In this document: positions 24,424-36,534 of the stretch, piece after piece
How the letters are laid out: each line of letters begins with the position of its first letter
How positions within the stretch are numbered: position 1 is the stretch's first letter
NCBI GenBank assembly: GCA_013265495.1
Contig: MU058531.1
Span: 2,728,911-2,792,910, forward strand
Direction of reading: 5' to 3'
DNA length: 64,000 nt
DNA from: Vicugna vicugna
Taxonomy: Eukaryota
Made by a program: the position numbers and the translations under genes
Notes under the pieces: model-generated
The model's input: only the letters and a program-made list of their open reading frames with translations
Databases searched by the model: none
What the model was told of the DNA's origin: nothing

Positions 24424-25360
24424 CAAACAACCCAATCAAAAAATGGGCAGAGGACCCAAATAGACATTTCTCCAAAGAAGACATACAGATGACCAGTGTG
24501 AAAATATGCTCAGCATTACTAATTATCAGAGAAATGCAAATCAAACCCACAAGGAGGTGTCACCTCACAGCAGTCAGACTGGCCATCATCAAAAAGTCTA
24601 CAGATAATAAATACTGGAGAGGGTGTGGAGAAAAGGGAATCCTCCTACACTGTTGGTGGGAATGTCAATTGGTGCAGCCAGTGTGGAAAAGCGTGTGGAG
24701 TTTCCTTAAAAAACTGAAAATAAACTTACCGTATGATCCAGCAATCCCACTCCTGGGCGTATATCCAGAGGAAGCTCTAATTTGAAAAGATACATGCACC
24801 CTAGTGTTCATAGAAGCACTATTTACAATAGCCAAGACATGGAAGCAACCTAAGTGTCCATCAACGGATGACTGGATAAAGAAGAAGTGATATATGGAAT
24901 GGAATGTTACTCAGCCATAAAAAAGAACAAAATAATGCCATTTGCAGCAACATGGATGGACCTAGAGATTTTCATACTAAGTGAAGTCAGACAGAGAAAT
25001 ACAGATATCATATGATATAACCTATATGTGGAATCTTAAAAAATGACACAAATGAACTTCCTTACAAAACAGAAAAAGACACATGAACATAGAAAACAAA
25101 CATATGGTTACCAAAGGGGAAGGCAGGAGAGGGATAAATTAGGAATTTGGGACTAACAGATACACACTACTATATATAAAATAGATAAACAACAAAAACT
25201 TACTGTATAACGCAGGGAACTATATTCAATATCTTATAATAACCTATAATAGAAAATAATTTGAAAAAGAACACATTTTATATATGATGTACACGTATAA
25301 CTAAATCACTTTGGTACACCTGAAACACTGTAAAACATTATACTTCAGTAAAAAATTTGA
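24424..25360 (+). mobile_element. 5'-truncated L1 (ORF2 C-terminus + 3'UTR)
   Basis: ORF 24489-24785 = LIIREMQIK...[25 protein letters not shown]...[11 protein letters not shown]; complete 3'UTR ending 'tacttcagtaaaaaa'. Confidence 0.95.
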
Positions 25361-27249
25361 AAAGTATTAAAGGATCTTAAGTAACACACATTACACCAAC
25401 ACCACAGCTCATACCAGTGATGCTAGGGCCCCATCTACATCAGTATTTTTGGGAAATAAATACCAGAAATAGCCAGTACTGTTTTCTTGGACTTTGTACC
25501 ACCATGTTTATCAGGAAACTCAGTGTCCTGAATGAAAAACAAATATCCTCATGATGTTCAATTCTATATTGAAATCTTATGTTAATTAATCTGTTTGGCA
25601 GACTCCAAGAATTGCCTGCATCCTAGATGAAATGTGACTGAGAAAGTAAGTTTTCTATTTTCCATTTTGCAAAAGGTCAAAACTCATAAGGTAGAAAATC
25701 ACCAAAATATAACGCGAGTGCCCAAAAATACTGGTCATCTTTAAATGACATGTTCATTGTATATGTAAATGACACGTATTAAAGTACCTATATACTGTTT
25801 TTATTTTTTACTGCACTACCACCTTCTGATATTATAGGATATACTTATTTATTGTCCAGTTGGTCTACCCATTAAAATATAAGTTCCCTGAGAGCAAAAA
25901 GCTTTGCTTATATCACTTATATATTCAACTCCCAGTATGACACTCTGTTTTCTCTAATTCTGTTAACGCATAGATAGACATTTCAACTTGGAATTGAACA
26001 GCATGAAGACTTTTTTTTCATTTAGGTCACTGAATTTCTTGGACAATAGAGGTGTCTCTGTCTTCAGGAGCAGTATGAGCAAAGTATCTGGCAGCCAAGT
26101 TAATCTCACTTTGGCAGCCTCATCTGTGAAGTGGCGATCCCAGTAGTGTGTGCTTCACAGGATTGTAGTGAAGTATAAATGAAATAACCTAGGACTTAGC
26201 AAAAGGCTTTCCATCTAGAAAATGTTCAATACATATCAGATAAAGCTATCATAAATAGTAATAGTAATAATATCTATTTTATCTCTATCTTTGTGTATTA
26301 CTAAGCAAAAAGCAGCCTAGGAGGGAGAATTAAACCATCCATTTGAAAGATTCAGACTTGAGTGAACACAATGACTCATTTTTTGGTTGAAGACGTAAGT
26401 GAGTTGAAAGCAAAATTTTTTTCTATTAAATAATCCATAGGAAATTTTACAGAAAAGAATCCAGGTACTACATTGGATCATAGGAAATTAAAAAATTATA
26501 AAACTACCAAGAATTAATTGGTGGAGAACATACTTAAAGTTTATCTGTGAAAGTAGAAAACTGTACAGTATTTTATAGTAACAGTATACTTGTGAAGGTG
26601 GAAAAACAATTCTAGTTGCAGGAAGTTGTTATTATAATATTCAATGTCAGAGATCAGTCTATAGTATGAAAACTTAATATGGTAATTTGAATATCTTAGA
26701 ATTTTCAAATCCCCTGTCCCTCAGACTTGAAGGGCATTAATAAATTTACCATCAGCCTGCATATGGTTGTGGGAAAAGGAGGAGAAAATGATTAAGGCTG
26801 AGTCTCTTTTGCTCTAATTTAGGTTAAGTAACGTGCACTGGAAAATGACACAAAGTCATATTTTTCTGGCATTTGAAAAATGGGGTCATCAGCGTAAAGT
26901 AATTTTGAACCTTCTCTACACCAGCTGGTTTGCTGTTGAAGAATGTTTAATAAAAAAGATACAACAACACATACACAAAGAGAAAGAAGGTTGTTACTGA
27001 TTTTGAGCTAAAGGGAGAGAGAAACATTTAATTTTTAATTTTGTAAAAATATATGTGTAATTTGTAGGGAAATATTTGAAGGAAAAACTGAAGGCTGTGT
27101 AAAAATCCAGACAGATTTTATTGCTAAGAAGTCTTCGCGTGACTGAAATCAAATGCTGCTTTGTAAATGTGTTGCAATAATATTGGCACTAAGACCTCAC
27201 ATTTCTAATTGTAATCTGTGGAATAAATGCTTATTTGGAAGAAAAAAAT
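25361..27249 (+). other. Probable L1 3'-transduced flanking sequence (~1.9 kb)
   Basis: Lies between the L1 3' end and the second copy of an exact 17-bp TSD (aaaataatgccaccaaa, 24407-24423 and 27250-27266); ends AATAAA (27222-27227) then 'aagaaaaaaa'; contains L2-like (~25830-25940) and MIR (~26090-26240) remnants. Confidence 0.8.
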
Positions 27250-28527
27250 AAAATAATGCCACCAAATAGATGTACAAGGAGTGACAAAATTAGGAAATTA
27301 TTATTTTCCAACCACCATTTGATAACTGAGGCAGGTAAAGGTTCATAAATGGATGCTCAACCACTGGATAAACTGGGCATAGGATATTCACATAGTCTTA
27401 AAATATCACCCTCTAGATGCAAAAAAGAAGTAAAAAAAGGCGCTTTTGTGCCAAATGATTGAACTTAAGGTCATCTAAACTGAGACAAACTGACCACACA
27501 CGTGCCTTCTGATGTAAGACACTGAGAAAGACACAAGGTAGCCTCTGTAACGTTCCTGCCAAACATTTAACTTGAACCCAATCATGTGAAGAAGCAATCA
27601 AATTTGAGAAGAAACTCAAAATTGAGAACCATTCTCCAATATAATTTACCTTCATACTTTAAAAATATCACTATTGTGGAAGACAGAAGGAAAAAACTGT
27701 TACAACAAAATGCAATATGTGATCCTATATTGAATCATTACTATATTTCTTTAAAAGCTATAAAGGGCATTTGGGAGAAATTTTTGGAAATTTGAAGATG
27801 GACCCTATATTAGATAACGGTACTGCATTGATATTAAAATTCCTGAGTGTGATGTTATATTCTGTTTATGTAGCATAAGATCTGTGTTCTTTGGGAATAA
27901 ATGCAGAAGTCCTTAGCTATGAAGTGTTATGGTGTCTGCAACTTACTACTGAATGATTTGGGAGGGACCAAAGTATTTATATGAAGAGAATGCAGGAAGA
28001 ATGCAAACAAGCCAGCACAAATATGATAAAGTGTTCACTGAATTTTCTAGAAAAGAATATGTAGACGTGCATTGCATTATTTTTTTCACCTTTTATGTAG
28101 GCGTGAGAATTTTCAAAATAAGAAGTTTGGAGAAGAGCCAGCTTATGGCTAGAAACAAATGTCTGGAGGCTTTTTCCACACAATCTGCTTGATCCAGTTG
28201 AGCCCATGTTTGAGGCCTGATCAGTGCTGGGAACAGACAGGAAAAAGATTCGAACCTTCAGAAGATCTGTTCCTGACCACCAGTTGCTCCTGGTTGACTC
28301 CTCTAACCCTCCTGGAGCCTGGTGGGGTGAGGAAACTCACCCTGAGTCACGGAGCCCCAGTGTCTGCCCTGGAACAGTTATTTCTGATGAAATCCTAGTG
28401 TCTCCTCTAGAATATAAGTCAGATCTCCACTACACAGAGCGCTGTATTCCCACAGGAATATTCCAGAATTCTAAGACCAGCTCCATGGCTGTGTGTCCTA
28501 AACCCAGCAGCTCATCATAATCACCTT

Positions 28528-28625
28528 ATTAAACCACAGATTGCTGGGCCATATCCCCCAAGTTGCTGACTTAGTCAATCTGAAGGGGACCCCAGAATCC
28601 ATATTTTTAGACAAGTACCCAAGTA
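28528..28625 (+). mobile_element. MER5-like hAT fragment
   Basis: 'acagattgctgggccatatcccccaagttgctgacttagtcaatctgaaggggaccccagaatccatattttt'. Confidence 0.55.
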
Positions 28626-30104
28626 CACTTAATTTGGAAATGGGGATTAAAATCCCAGGACCAATGACTTTTAAAGAACTTGCCAACTCTCGGTGTATAT
28701 CTCTACTTAAAAATAGAGAATGAAAATAAAGACACACTTAAGAGATTTTTCCTCGGTCAGTCTACTCATCCTGTCTGATTCAAAGTCTGCAGTGTAAGTA
28801 ATACTGCATTGGAGTAGATTAAATAATCGAGCCACAGCTTGGTTTTGAAGTTAGAAAGGTGCTTCCAAATGTCACAGACGCCGGGTGTTTGGATCAGGAA
28901 TGTGGTCTGGGTGCCTTCCAGGCAGAGCCTGCCTGTGCCAGGCTGGCAGGTTCTCAGCAGGGCCCAGCCCCTGTCTCCTCTGGCTTCTGAGAGCCTTGTC
29001 TCTGCCACATGGGAAGGAAGCTGTCTAGGTCTAGAAATACAGCAAAGTACTGAGTACATCTGTGAAAGCTGGAAGTCTGGAATCAGGGACAGTTAGCACT
29101 CAAAAGAAATTAGGGATTGTCGTTTTCCCCTCTCGGGAGGGGTTGGGGAGCTCTGTCACATGAATGGAAAGTGTCAGAGATGGGTCTCCACCAGTGACTC
29201 AGAGTTGGGGTCGGAAGTGGCGGGAGCTGCAGGGCTCCCCACAGTCTCTGCGGCTTATCTCTGGTCCACATACCCTTCCCCCATTTTTAGGCATATATGA
29301 GGATAATAAAAGTCAAGTATTCGGTGAAGTGGAGACTACAGTGGGGGCTAACTCAAATATAGGCCAAGTTCTTTATGGCAAAAATATGCCTAAGAAATTG
29401 TGGAATTTTTCTATCCTTTATTTTTCCTTGGCTCTTTCTTCCCAAATTAATGCCTTCAGTATCTGCTTGTCTTAAAAAGGCAACATTGTTTAGACTTTGT
29501 AATAATGGGGATGATTTCTTTTGCTGTCAGGTTTTGCCTGATTTGGGTAAACTAAAAATTTTTAAAAACCCCCATATGGAAAATTGTTTAAAATTATTAG
29601 TTTATTTATCAGTTTATTATTAGTTTATCTATTTAAAAATAGATTTTTAAATGTATTAATCAAATATTTATGTGGGGACATAGCAGTGAACAAATATACT
29701 AAAAATCTAATAGCCCTTCCCTCTTGGAAGTTACAATTTAATGGATAAAATATTAGAGGTGAATCCAATAGGCAATTTGTAATGGTTGTCTAAATAATGT
29801 AACTTTAAGAGTTAACCATCCAACACAATAATGTTATGTGAAAACAGTGTTACAGATTATACATCTTCTTGTTTTTAAATAAGACTATACATAAGATACA
29901 TAAATTATTAAATTATTGTATATATTTGCACATTCGTGTTGCTTTTTGAAAACTAAAACATACCCCAAAAATTGACCTGTTTGAGTCTTAAGTTTTCTAG
30001 AGATTTTACTTCTCTTAATGAGGCTTCCAGGATTTAAAGGATTAGCACTATTTGCTTTGGGCCAAACTGATGGGGCAGTAGACATTTGTCTTTAGATCTT
30101 GGGT

Positions 30105-30790
30105 GATTCTACTCAGAATTCTTTTGGTTTCAGAGAACAGACACCCACTCAAATATCATCAAGAGAAGGGGACTTAGTTATGAGAATTGAAAAGGAAAAC
30201 ACAACAAAATCTGTGGACCAGAGCCCAACACAGGGCATCTCATGGGACTGGAACTGGAAACCCTAGAGCTGTCAGGAACAAGGGCTTGTCCTACAAGGCT
30301 AGGTCTCTGTCTCTCTGTCCGTCTGTTCGTCTCTCTCTCTAATGGCTTCCTGGCTTTATTCAGCACATCTACTATCCTCCTCACCCTGACCCCTCTGCCC
30401 CCCCCACCACTTCCCTCCTTGGCTTTCCTGTGTGGTTCCAATTTCTCCTTTCCTCAAGATCTCACCTTGCACATGGGCCATAATGGCCGTTCCCATCTCA
30501 GTTCTGCTGGGCTTTTCAGTAGTAGGGCTACCACCACTGCCACCTGGCAATTTCCCTTGGAGGCTCTTAGTTTAGATTCTCAAGAGAGAAAGCTGACTGG
30601 TCAGACTCATTTTCTTAAGCCAAGCCATTATAAGGTATAGGTTGCTGGCTAGTCTGTGGATGGTCGCCTCACTGGATCAGATGTCACTCCTGGTCCAACT
30701 AGTCATGCCCAGAGTCAGATGGTACAAGATGACCATTGAGGGCAGCATAATGTGTAAACGAGGCAGATTCCTCCAGAAGGCAATGTCTGG
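30105..30790 (-). mobile_element. Old MaLR LTR (MLT1L/M-like)
   Basis: 'cagaattctttttggtttcagagaacagacacccactcaa','agattctcaagagagaaagctgactggtcag','ggatcagatgtcactcctggtccaactag'. Confidence 0.55.
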
Positions 30791-32399
30791 GGGACAGGCA
30801 CTCTAAAATTGTTTTGGTTTTGTGGTTGTATTCCTCTCAGATACCCGTGGTTGCTCCTGAACCCCATGGTGTTGTCCTGAACAAAGCCAGGGATTAGGGG
30901 TTCAAAAAGCCGGAACTGAACCCAGGAACTCAATCTTTTTTCTTAAACCCCCTAGGTGTCTGTGAACACAAATAAAAGCAAAATGGGGAGGGGACAGCTG
31001 CCTGCTTTGGACTCCTTAACATCCTTGACTGTGCTTGAATCTGTATCTAAACCCAAATATCTGGGTTCAGGGTAAGCTTGGGCCAGGGTGAACCTTCAGT
31101 GGTGTTTAAAAGGAATGGCATTCATATGGATTTTCAGGCTGAGGTCTTGGTGGAATACCAGTCAAGGAAGTCTCTTTGGCAGATTTCTGCTTAGAATGAG
31201 ATCAGGAATGGGATCTGCTAAGAACACATAGTGAGATTTAGTTTAATCCATCTAGAGAAGATGGCTGGGGCTGTAGAAGACTTTAAGAGGCCACAATTTA
31301 AGCCTGGAATGTTCTTGCCAGTGAGAAGTTAGCTGAGAATTACATCCTGGAAGCCTAGGTGAACCTATAAGGAGATGGAATACTCAGTATTCTAGGAAAA
31401 ATGGGAAGGCCAATTAGAAGGCTGCTGTGCTTTTGATCAGGTGGGGTTACATACACAGGTTTCATAAAGCTGGTAATTGACAAGGCTTGTGCTGACCTTA
31501 AGGTGGGTGAGCAAAGAGAGACCTGACTTTGGGGTCAGATTAAACCTTCCAGGGCTGCATGATTTGGGTAAGCCTCAGTTTCTTCATCTGTAATGTGCAG
31601 ATTATATCTATTTCTGAGTTGTTAGGAGGGTTAAAAAATCATGTTATCTGTAAGTTAGAAATGCTAGCTATTATTCAGTGAACTACAATCCTTATCATCA
31701 GAATATTTGCCCATGACTGTTGACAAAACACAATACCATGCAATATTTCACTTGGCTTCTGCCATTCGGAACCGCATTTCCTGAACTCAGCAATGAATAG
31801 AAATTAGGACAACGGAAAATGCTTTCAGTACTTCCTTTGAAGTTACCTCTTCTTTCTGGAATTCTCTTTAATCTAGGCTCAAAGCTTCCATTCTGGGGTT
31901 GAGGGCTAAAACCTCTGGGAGAGACATGACTTGAATAAAAATTCATACAAGAGTTGTAAATGACTGATATAAAAGTTTTCTTACGAGAAATGTTTTTGGT
32001 GGTCAGGACAGGAATGGGAAGGAGGAAGACATAGGCATATTGGGTGCTTAAAGGAAACAAAAATGAATGAAAATAGGTTAAGGAAACCAAAGGCCAAGTC
32101 TTCACTTTTTCTTTAGAACAGTGTAGCCTAAGGGCTTCTTAAAAGGTGCTTTGTAAATTCTATGACCTCTCTCAGAAAGTCATAATGTGAACTAGTTCTG
32201 AGAAGTCCTGCAGCCAAGAAAACACCCTCACTTCAGTTAGCCCAGCATTTGCAAATTTATTGCCCGTCGAACTGCTTTTTAGGCCTAGACCCATCAGCCT
32301 CCTGAGAACCAGGAAATTCTGCTGCACATCTCATCCAGGAAGGCTACATCCCAACCTAACTTCTCTATTTTCTCATCTTGACTTATTTAGGTACATTAG

Positions 32400-32570
32400 A
32401 GAAGACAGGATTTGACAAATAAGATAATTGTCTTCAAATGTGTGAAGGGTTGGCACTTCAGAGAGTGGGATTAAATTTGCTCCATATAACTTCAAATAAT
32501 AGAGCAAGGGTCCGTGGTTGGGTTCCAGGAAAGCAGACTTCACTTCTGAATGAGAGAGAATTCTTTAAAT
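32400..32570 (+). mobile_element. CR1/L3 LINE 3' fragment
   Basis: 'ataattgtcttcaaatgtgtgaagggttggcac...gagtgggattaaatttgctcc...ccaggaaagcagacttcacttc...gagagaattcttt'. Confidence 0.6.
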
Positions 32571-32619
32571 ACCCTTATTTTTGAAAAGGCATTATAAACA
32601 CATGGTACAAAATTCAAAA

Positions 32620-33950
32620 GGTGTTAATACCAAGTGAGGATGTGGGTCAACGGAAATCCTTACACATTGTTGGTGGTGTAACCACTTGGGAAAAGCTATC
32701 GTTTACATAGTCCATGACCCAGCCATCTACCATGTCAGATATGCGCCAGAGAAATTCTGGCACACAAAACACCAGAAATGAGTACAAGAATGTTCTGGGA
32801 AAGACTGCAAGAGCCTCAGTGACCACATGTACACCAACAGAAGAATGGGTAAATAAATTAGAATATTTTCATGCAGTGGAATAGTGATGGAAGTGAAAAA
32901 ACTACAGACATATGCAGTGACATGGAAAAATCTTAGAAACTTGATGTTGATATGAAAAAGTGAGTTGCAGAAAACTATGTACACATAGCATGATCCAGTT
33001 TTTATAAACTCAAAATCAAGCCAGGTGGAATAATATATTGCTTAAAGATATACCTGTATAATAAAATTATTTTTAAAAGATAGTAAGAAATATTATTTAT
33101 AATAGCCAAAAGGTGAAAACAATCCAATTGTATTTCAACTAATAGATAAAATGTGATATATTCATACAATTAAATATTACTTGGTAATTAAATAAAAGTA
33201 TACATACATGCAGCAACATGGATAAATTTTGGAAACATTATGCTAAGTTAAGGAAGCCAGTTGGGGCGGGGGAGGGTGTAGCTCAAAGTGGTAAAGCACA
33301 TGCTTAGCATGCGTGATATCCTGGGTTCAATCCTCAGTACCACCAAAGAAATAATACCTAATCACCTCTCCCCCCTGCCCCCAAAAAAGCATCTTAAAAA
33401 AAAAAAGCCAGACACGATGAGTCCATATATTTGAAATTCCAGTATAAATAAATCTATAGAGACAAAGTAGATTTCTGGTTGCCTAAGGGCTGGGGTGGCA
33501 GGTACTTGGAGGAAGTAGGAAGTGACTAATGGGTACAGAGCTTTTTTGGGGGGGCAGTGAAAATATTTAAAATTGATTGTGGTGATGGTTGTACAGTTCT
33601 ACAAACATAACAAAACCCATAGAACCGTACACTTTCAGTGGGTGAATTGTACAGTGTGTGAATTATATCTCAGTAAAGTTATAAAAAGTTGTTATAAAAA
33701 GTAGCAAGAGAGTAGTAGACAGAAAACTTAGGAAAGTGATACTTGTCGGGGAGGGGAGGGGAGGGGTGCACAAGAATTGGGCAGAGGAAGAGCCCACAGG
33801 TAGCCTCGATGGGGCTGAAAATGTCCTAGTGGAGAAGTACACTCTGGAGGCACTGGTTGGCTTTTCTGATTTTTAAAAATTATACTGTATAACTTGTATA
33901 TGTGTTGCACATATTCTTTTGTAGATGTCAAAGACTCCATAATAAAATTC
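32620..33950 (+). mobile_element. L1ME-type 3' end with nested L1MB-type 3' end (~33090-33700)
   Basis: 'atgcagcaacatggataaattttggaaacattatgctaag','aattgattgtggtgatggttgtaca','gtgaattatatctcagtaaag'; outer element ends 'agactccataataaaa'. Confidence 0.75.
33263..33404 (+). mobile_element. tRNA-Ala-derived SINE (vic-1-like)
   Basis: 'ggagggtgtagctcaaagtggtaaagcacatgcttagcatgcgtgatatcctgggttcaatcctcagtac', A-tail, TSD core aagccag. Confidence 0.9.
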
Positions 33951-34309
33951 TAGAACCAAATGCACAAATAATCAAAGTAGGTGTCACCCCCACCTTGCCC
34001 TGGTTTGAAGGCAGCTGCTGTTCCCTGCCTCTTCTGTGTCCTTCTAGAGAATGTGGGTGTTTACAAACCTTCTACCTGTGTTCATAACCAGAAGCAACTG
34101 CACACTCTTCCCACTGTCTCACACATGGGTTCGGAGAGAGACTTGGAGAACCTTTCCAACCTGTATACAGAGTGGCTGTGGTCCTGGTAATGACTGAGAG
34201 GCTTTCAGTCCTTTTGGGGAAAGAAGCACATTCTGGAGTCAAACGGCCTTTGGTTAGCCTTGCTGCTGGCTCCTTTGCTGCATTCAAACCTGTGAAACAA
34301 AAACCCCCT

Positions 34310-34715
34310 CTCATCTAAAATGGCAGCCCTCCACCATCCTCTGTCCCATACCTTGTGCTGTCTTCCCTGCACAACTTGCATGACACGTGTGCGTTTGTGT
34401 AGTTGTTTGCTGTTCGTCTCCCCAACCAGAACACAGGCTTTGTGACAGTGAGGACTCTGTCCCATCACCACGCAGGGCGGATTGCAGTAGGCGCACAATA
34501 AAAGTTTATTGAATGGTCAAACTAATAAACATGGGAAAAAATGAATGCCTGGTTTGAAATTCCAGCTTGTGGTGTATCAGCTGTAAAATCTTAGGCAAGT
34601 TACTAAATTTCTTTGCTTCAGGTTCCTCATCAGCACAATAGTACAAGAACAGTCACGAAGATGCAATAAATTCACACATTCGAGACACTTAGAGCAGAGC
34701 CTGGCACATAGTAAC
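34310..34715 (+). mobile_element. L2 3' end (34310-34520) followed by MIR (34545-34715)
   Basis: 'gtaggcgcacaataaaagtttattgaatg' and 'cagctgtaaaatcttaggcaagttactaaatttctttgcttcaggttcctcatc'. Confidence 0.65.
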
Positions 34716-36355
34716 ATTCCTTTCAGGCTGGCTCTTCCTATTAGAGTATCCCAGTGCAGGGATGTACTGTAATTTATTTCACTAGTCTTCTGCTTAGCTT
34801 GTTTCCAAACAGCTCTAATGCAGAACTTTGTACGTAGTGCCATTTTGCATTTGGGCAAGTCTGATGGTTGGATGAGTTTCTGAAAGTGGGATTTCTGGGT
34901 CCAAGGATATATGCATTTTTAATTTTGAAAGATAATGCCACTTTGCCGAGATCAGTAATGGTGAGCAGAACTGGACCACACTGGAAGATGCTGCTCCCTC
35001 ACTAGACATACGTACTTGGTCATGAGCCTGTGTGGCTGGCTCTCAGGAATGTAGTGGCGACAAGTCCTTCTGCAGATAGGAGCTGGGCTGTGTGACCTGC
35101 AAGGTCCCTGCAGCCCTGGGACATAATAGTGTGTCCCGTACTGTTATTGGCAAAGTGCCAGACATATTTGCAGCACTAAAATGTTCTATTTTGTGTCCAA
35201 TTGGTGGTAATAGGGAAAAGTACTCTAGCTTGTTTTCAAATGAAGGGCCAGTTTTTGATTCACATTGTAGTGTTTGTTTTTTGGGGAGAAAGGGTTTGCT
35301 TAATTTTTTGGACCTTTTTGAAGGCATTTGGTGTAAAAAATTTTAAAACATCCAGTGTACTTTAAAAAAAAAGTGTGGTCAATTATTTGAATTCTCCTTA
35401 CACAAATTAAATTTTTATATTATGATTAGGATGGGGGTGGGTCAAGAAATACTGTATTTCTTTTTTTTTTTAACTTTATTGGCTTTTTATTTTTTGCACT
35501 GTTGAGTCTAGTCAATAATCCACATTCTCCAGCCAGTCAAATGTCAAAATGTTTCAAAAACATAAAAAAATAAAGAAATGAATAGAAGCGTCCTTGTTCT
35601 TTAAATTATTTCTGTGTTACCCTGAACTGTAAGTGAACCCTCCTTGCTTATAAAAGAAGCAGCTGTTCATGCAATTGAAACCATGGTTCATTACAAGCTG
35701 ACCTCGGATTCAGGAGTAAAACTTCCTCTATTTTACTACGACTATTCAGACAGGGACTGGAGATAAACAATAATCAAAATCAGGATGGAACTTGACTGGG
35801 AAACCCTCTATGTTCTTTGGCAGAATTATAGCAGCTCTCGAATTGCCAGGAGTGAGGCAATGTGAAATGACCCTCAAACATTCCCTTCTGAAATGCAGTG
35901 GGTCCAGGCTGCCAGCTCCAAGCAGACAAAGGCCGATTGTAATGACTTCTTAAGCATATACTTATAGAAACATTAATTATCACCAACCCTATTTTAAACA
36001 TTTATAGAAAGTCAAGATGAAAGGGCCCTTTTATATCCATTTTTATATTCCGCCTTGCGAGAAACTATGATTACAGAGTGGGTTTTTTTCCCCTCCTCTC
36101 TCCTTGGAATTCTTCTTTCTAGGTCTTATTCTTAAAATACTGCGATCGGTTTGAGGCTTATGTGCTCATCAAGTTAGAGATGAGAAGGTGGCGGGGAAAT
36201 GAAATGGCTAGGTGGGTGTGATGATGGAGGGGACTGCAGTGTGGGAGGTAGCGGCCTCTTGAGTGCAGAAATGACCCGTTCTGGAAAGGTGGACGTTCAG
36301 TTTGCTGCAGTGCCAGTGGAAGCCAATTCTAGGGTGAACTGGCCGAGGTCTAAAG

Positions 36356-36534
36356 TAGCGGTTCTCAAACATGAGAGTTGATCAGAATCTTGGGATAGGG
36401 CTGCTTTATCAGTGACCACCATGGAGTCCGCATTCCCAGAGCGTCTGATTCAGTGTGTCTGAGCCGAGTGTCAACCAAGACTCCTGGTGACTCAGATGCA
36501 GGTGGCATGAGGCCACACTTTGAAAGGAAACCTG
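36356..36534 (+). mobile_element. MER5-like hAT DNA transposon
   Basis: 'gcggttctcaaac...cagaatc...cccagagcgtctgattcagtgtgtctg...ggtgactcagatgcaggtgg...ccacactttgaaa'. Confidence 0.65.

Larger units (their letters stand above)
23990..28135 (+). mobile_element. Old L1MC-type 3'UTR split by the 24424-27249 insertion
   Basis: Joining 'gggaaagctcttctttacaaaataatgccaccaaa' to 'tagatgtacaaggagtgacaaaattaggaaattattattttccaacc' restores continuous sequence paralleling the L1MC copy at ~10450-10540; ends 'gagaattttcaaaataagaag'. Confidence 0.75.

Noticed and set aside
25361..27249. Processed pseudogene interpretation of the poly(A)-ended segment
   Set aside because: No coding remnant; it contains MIR/L2 fragments and shares its TSD with the upstream L1, so transduction fits better.
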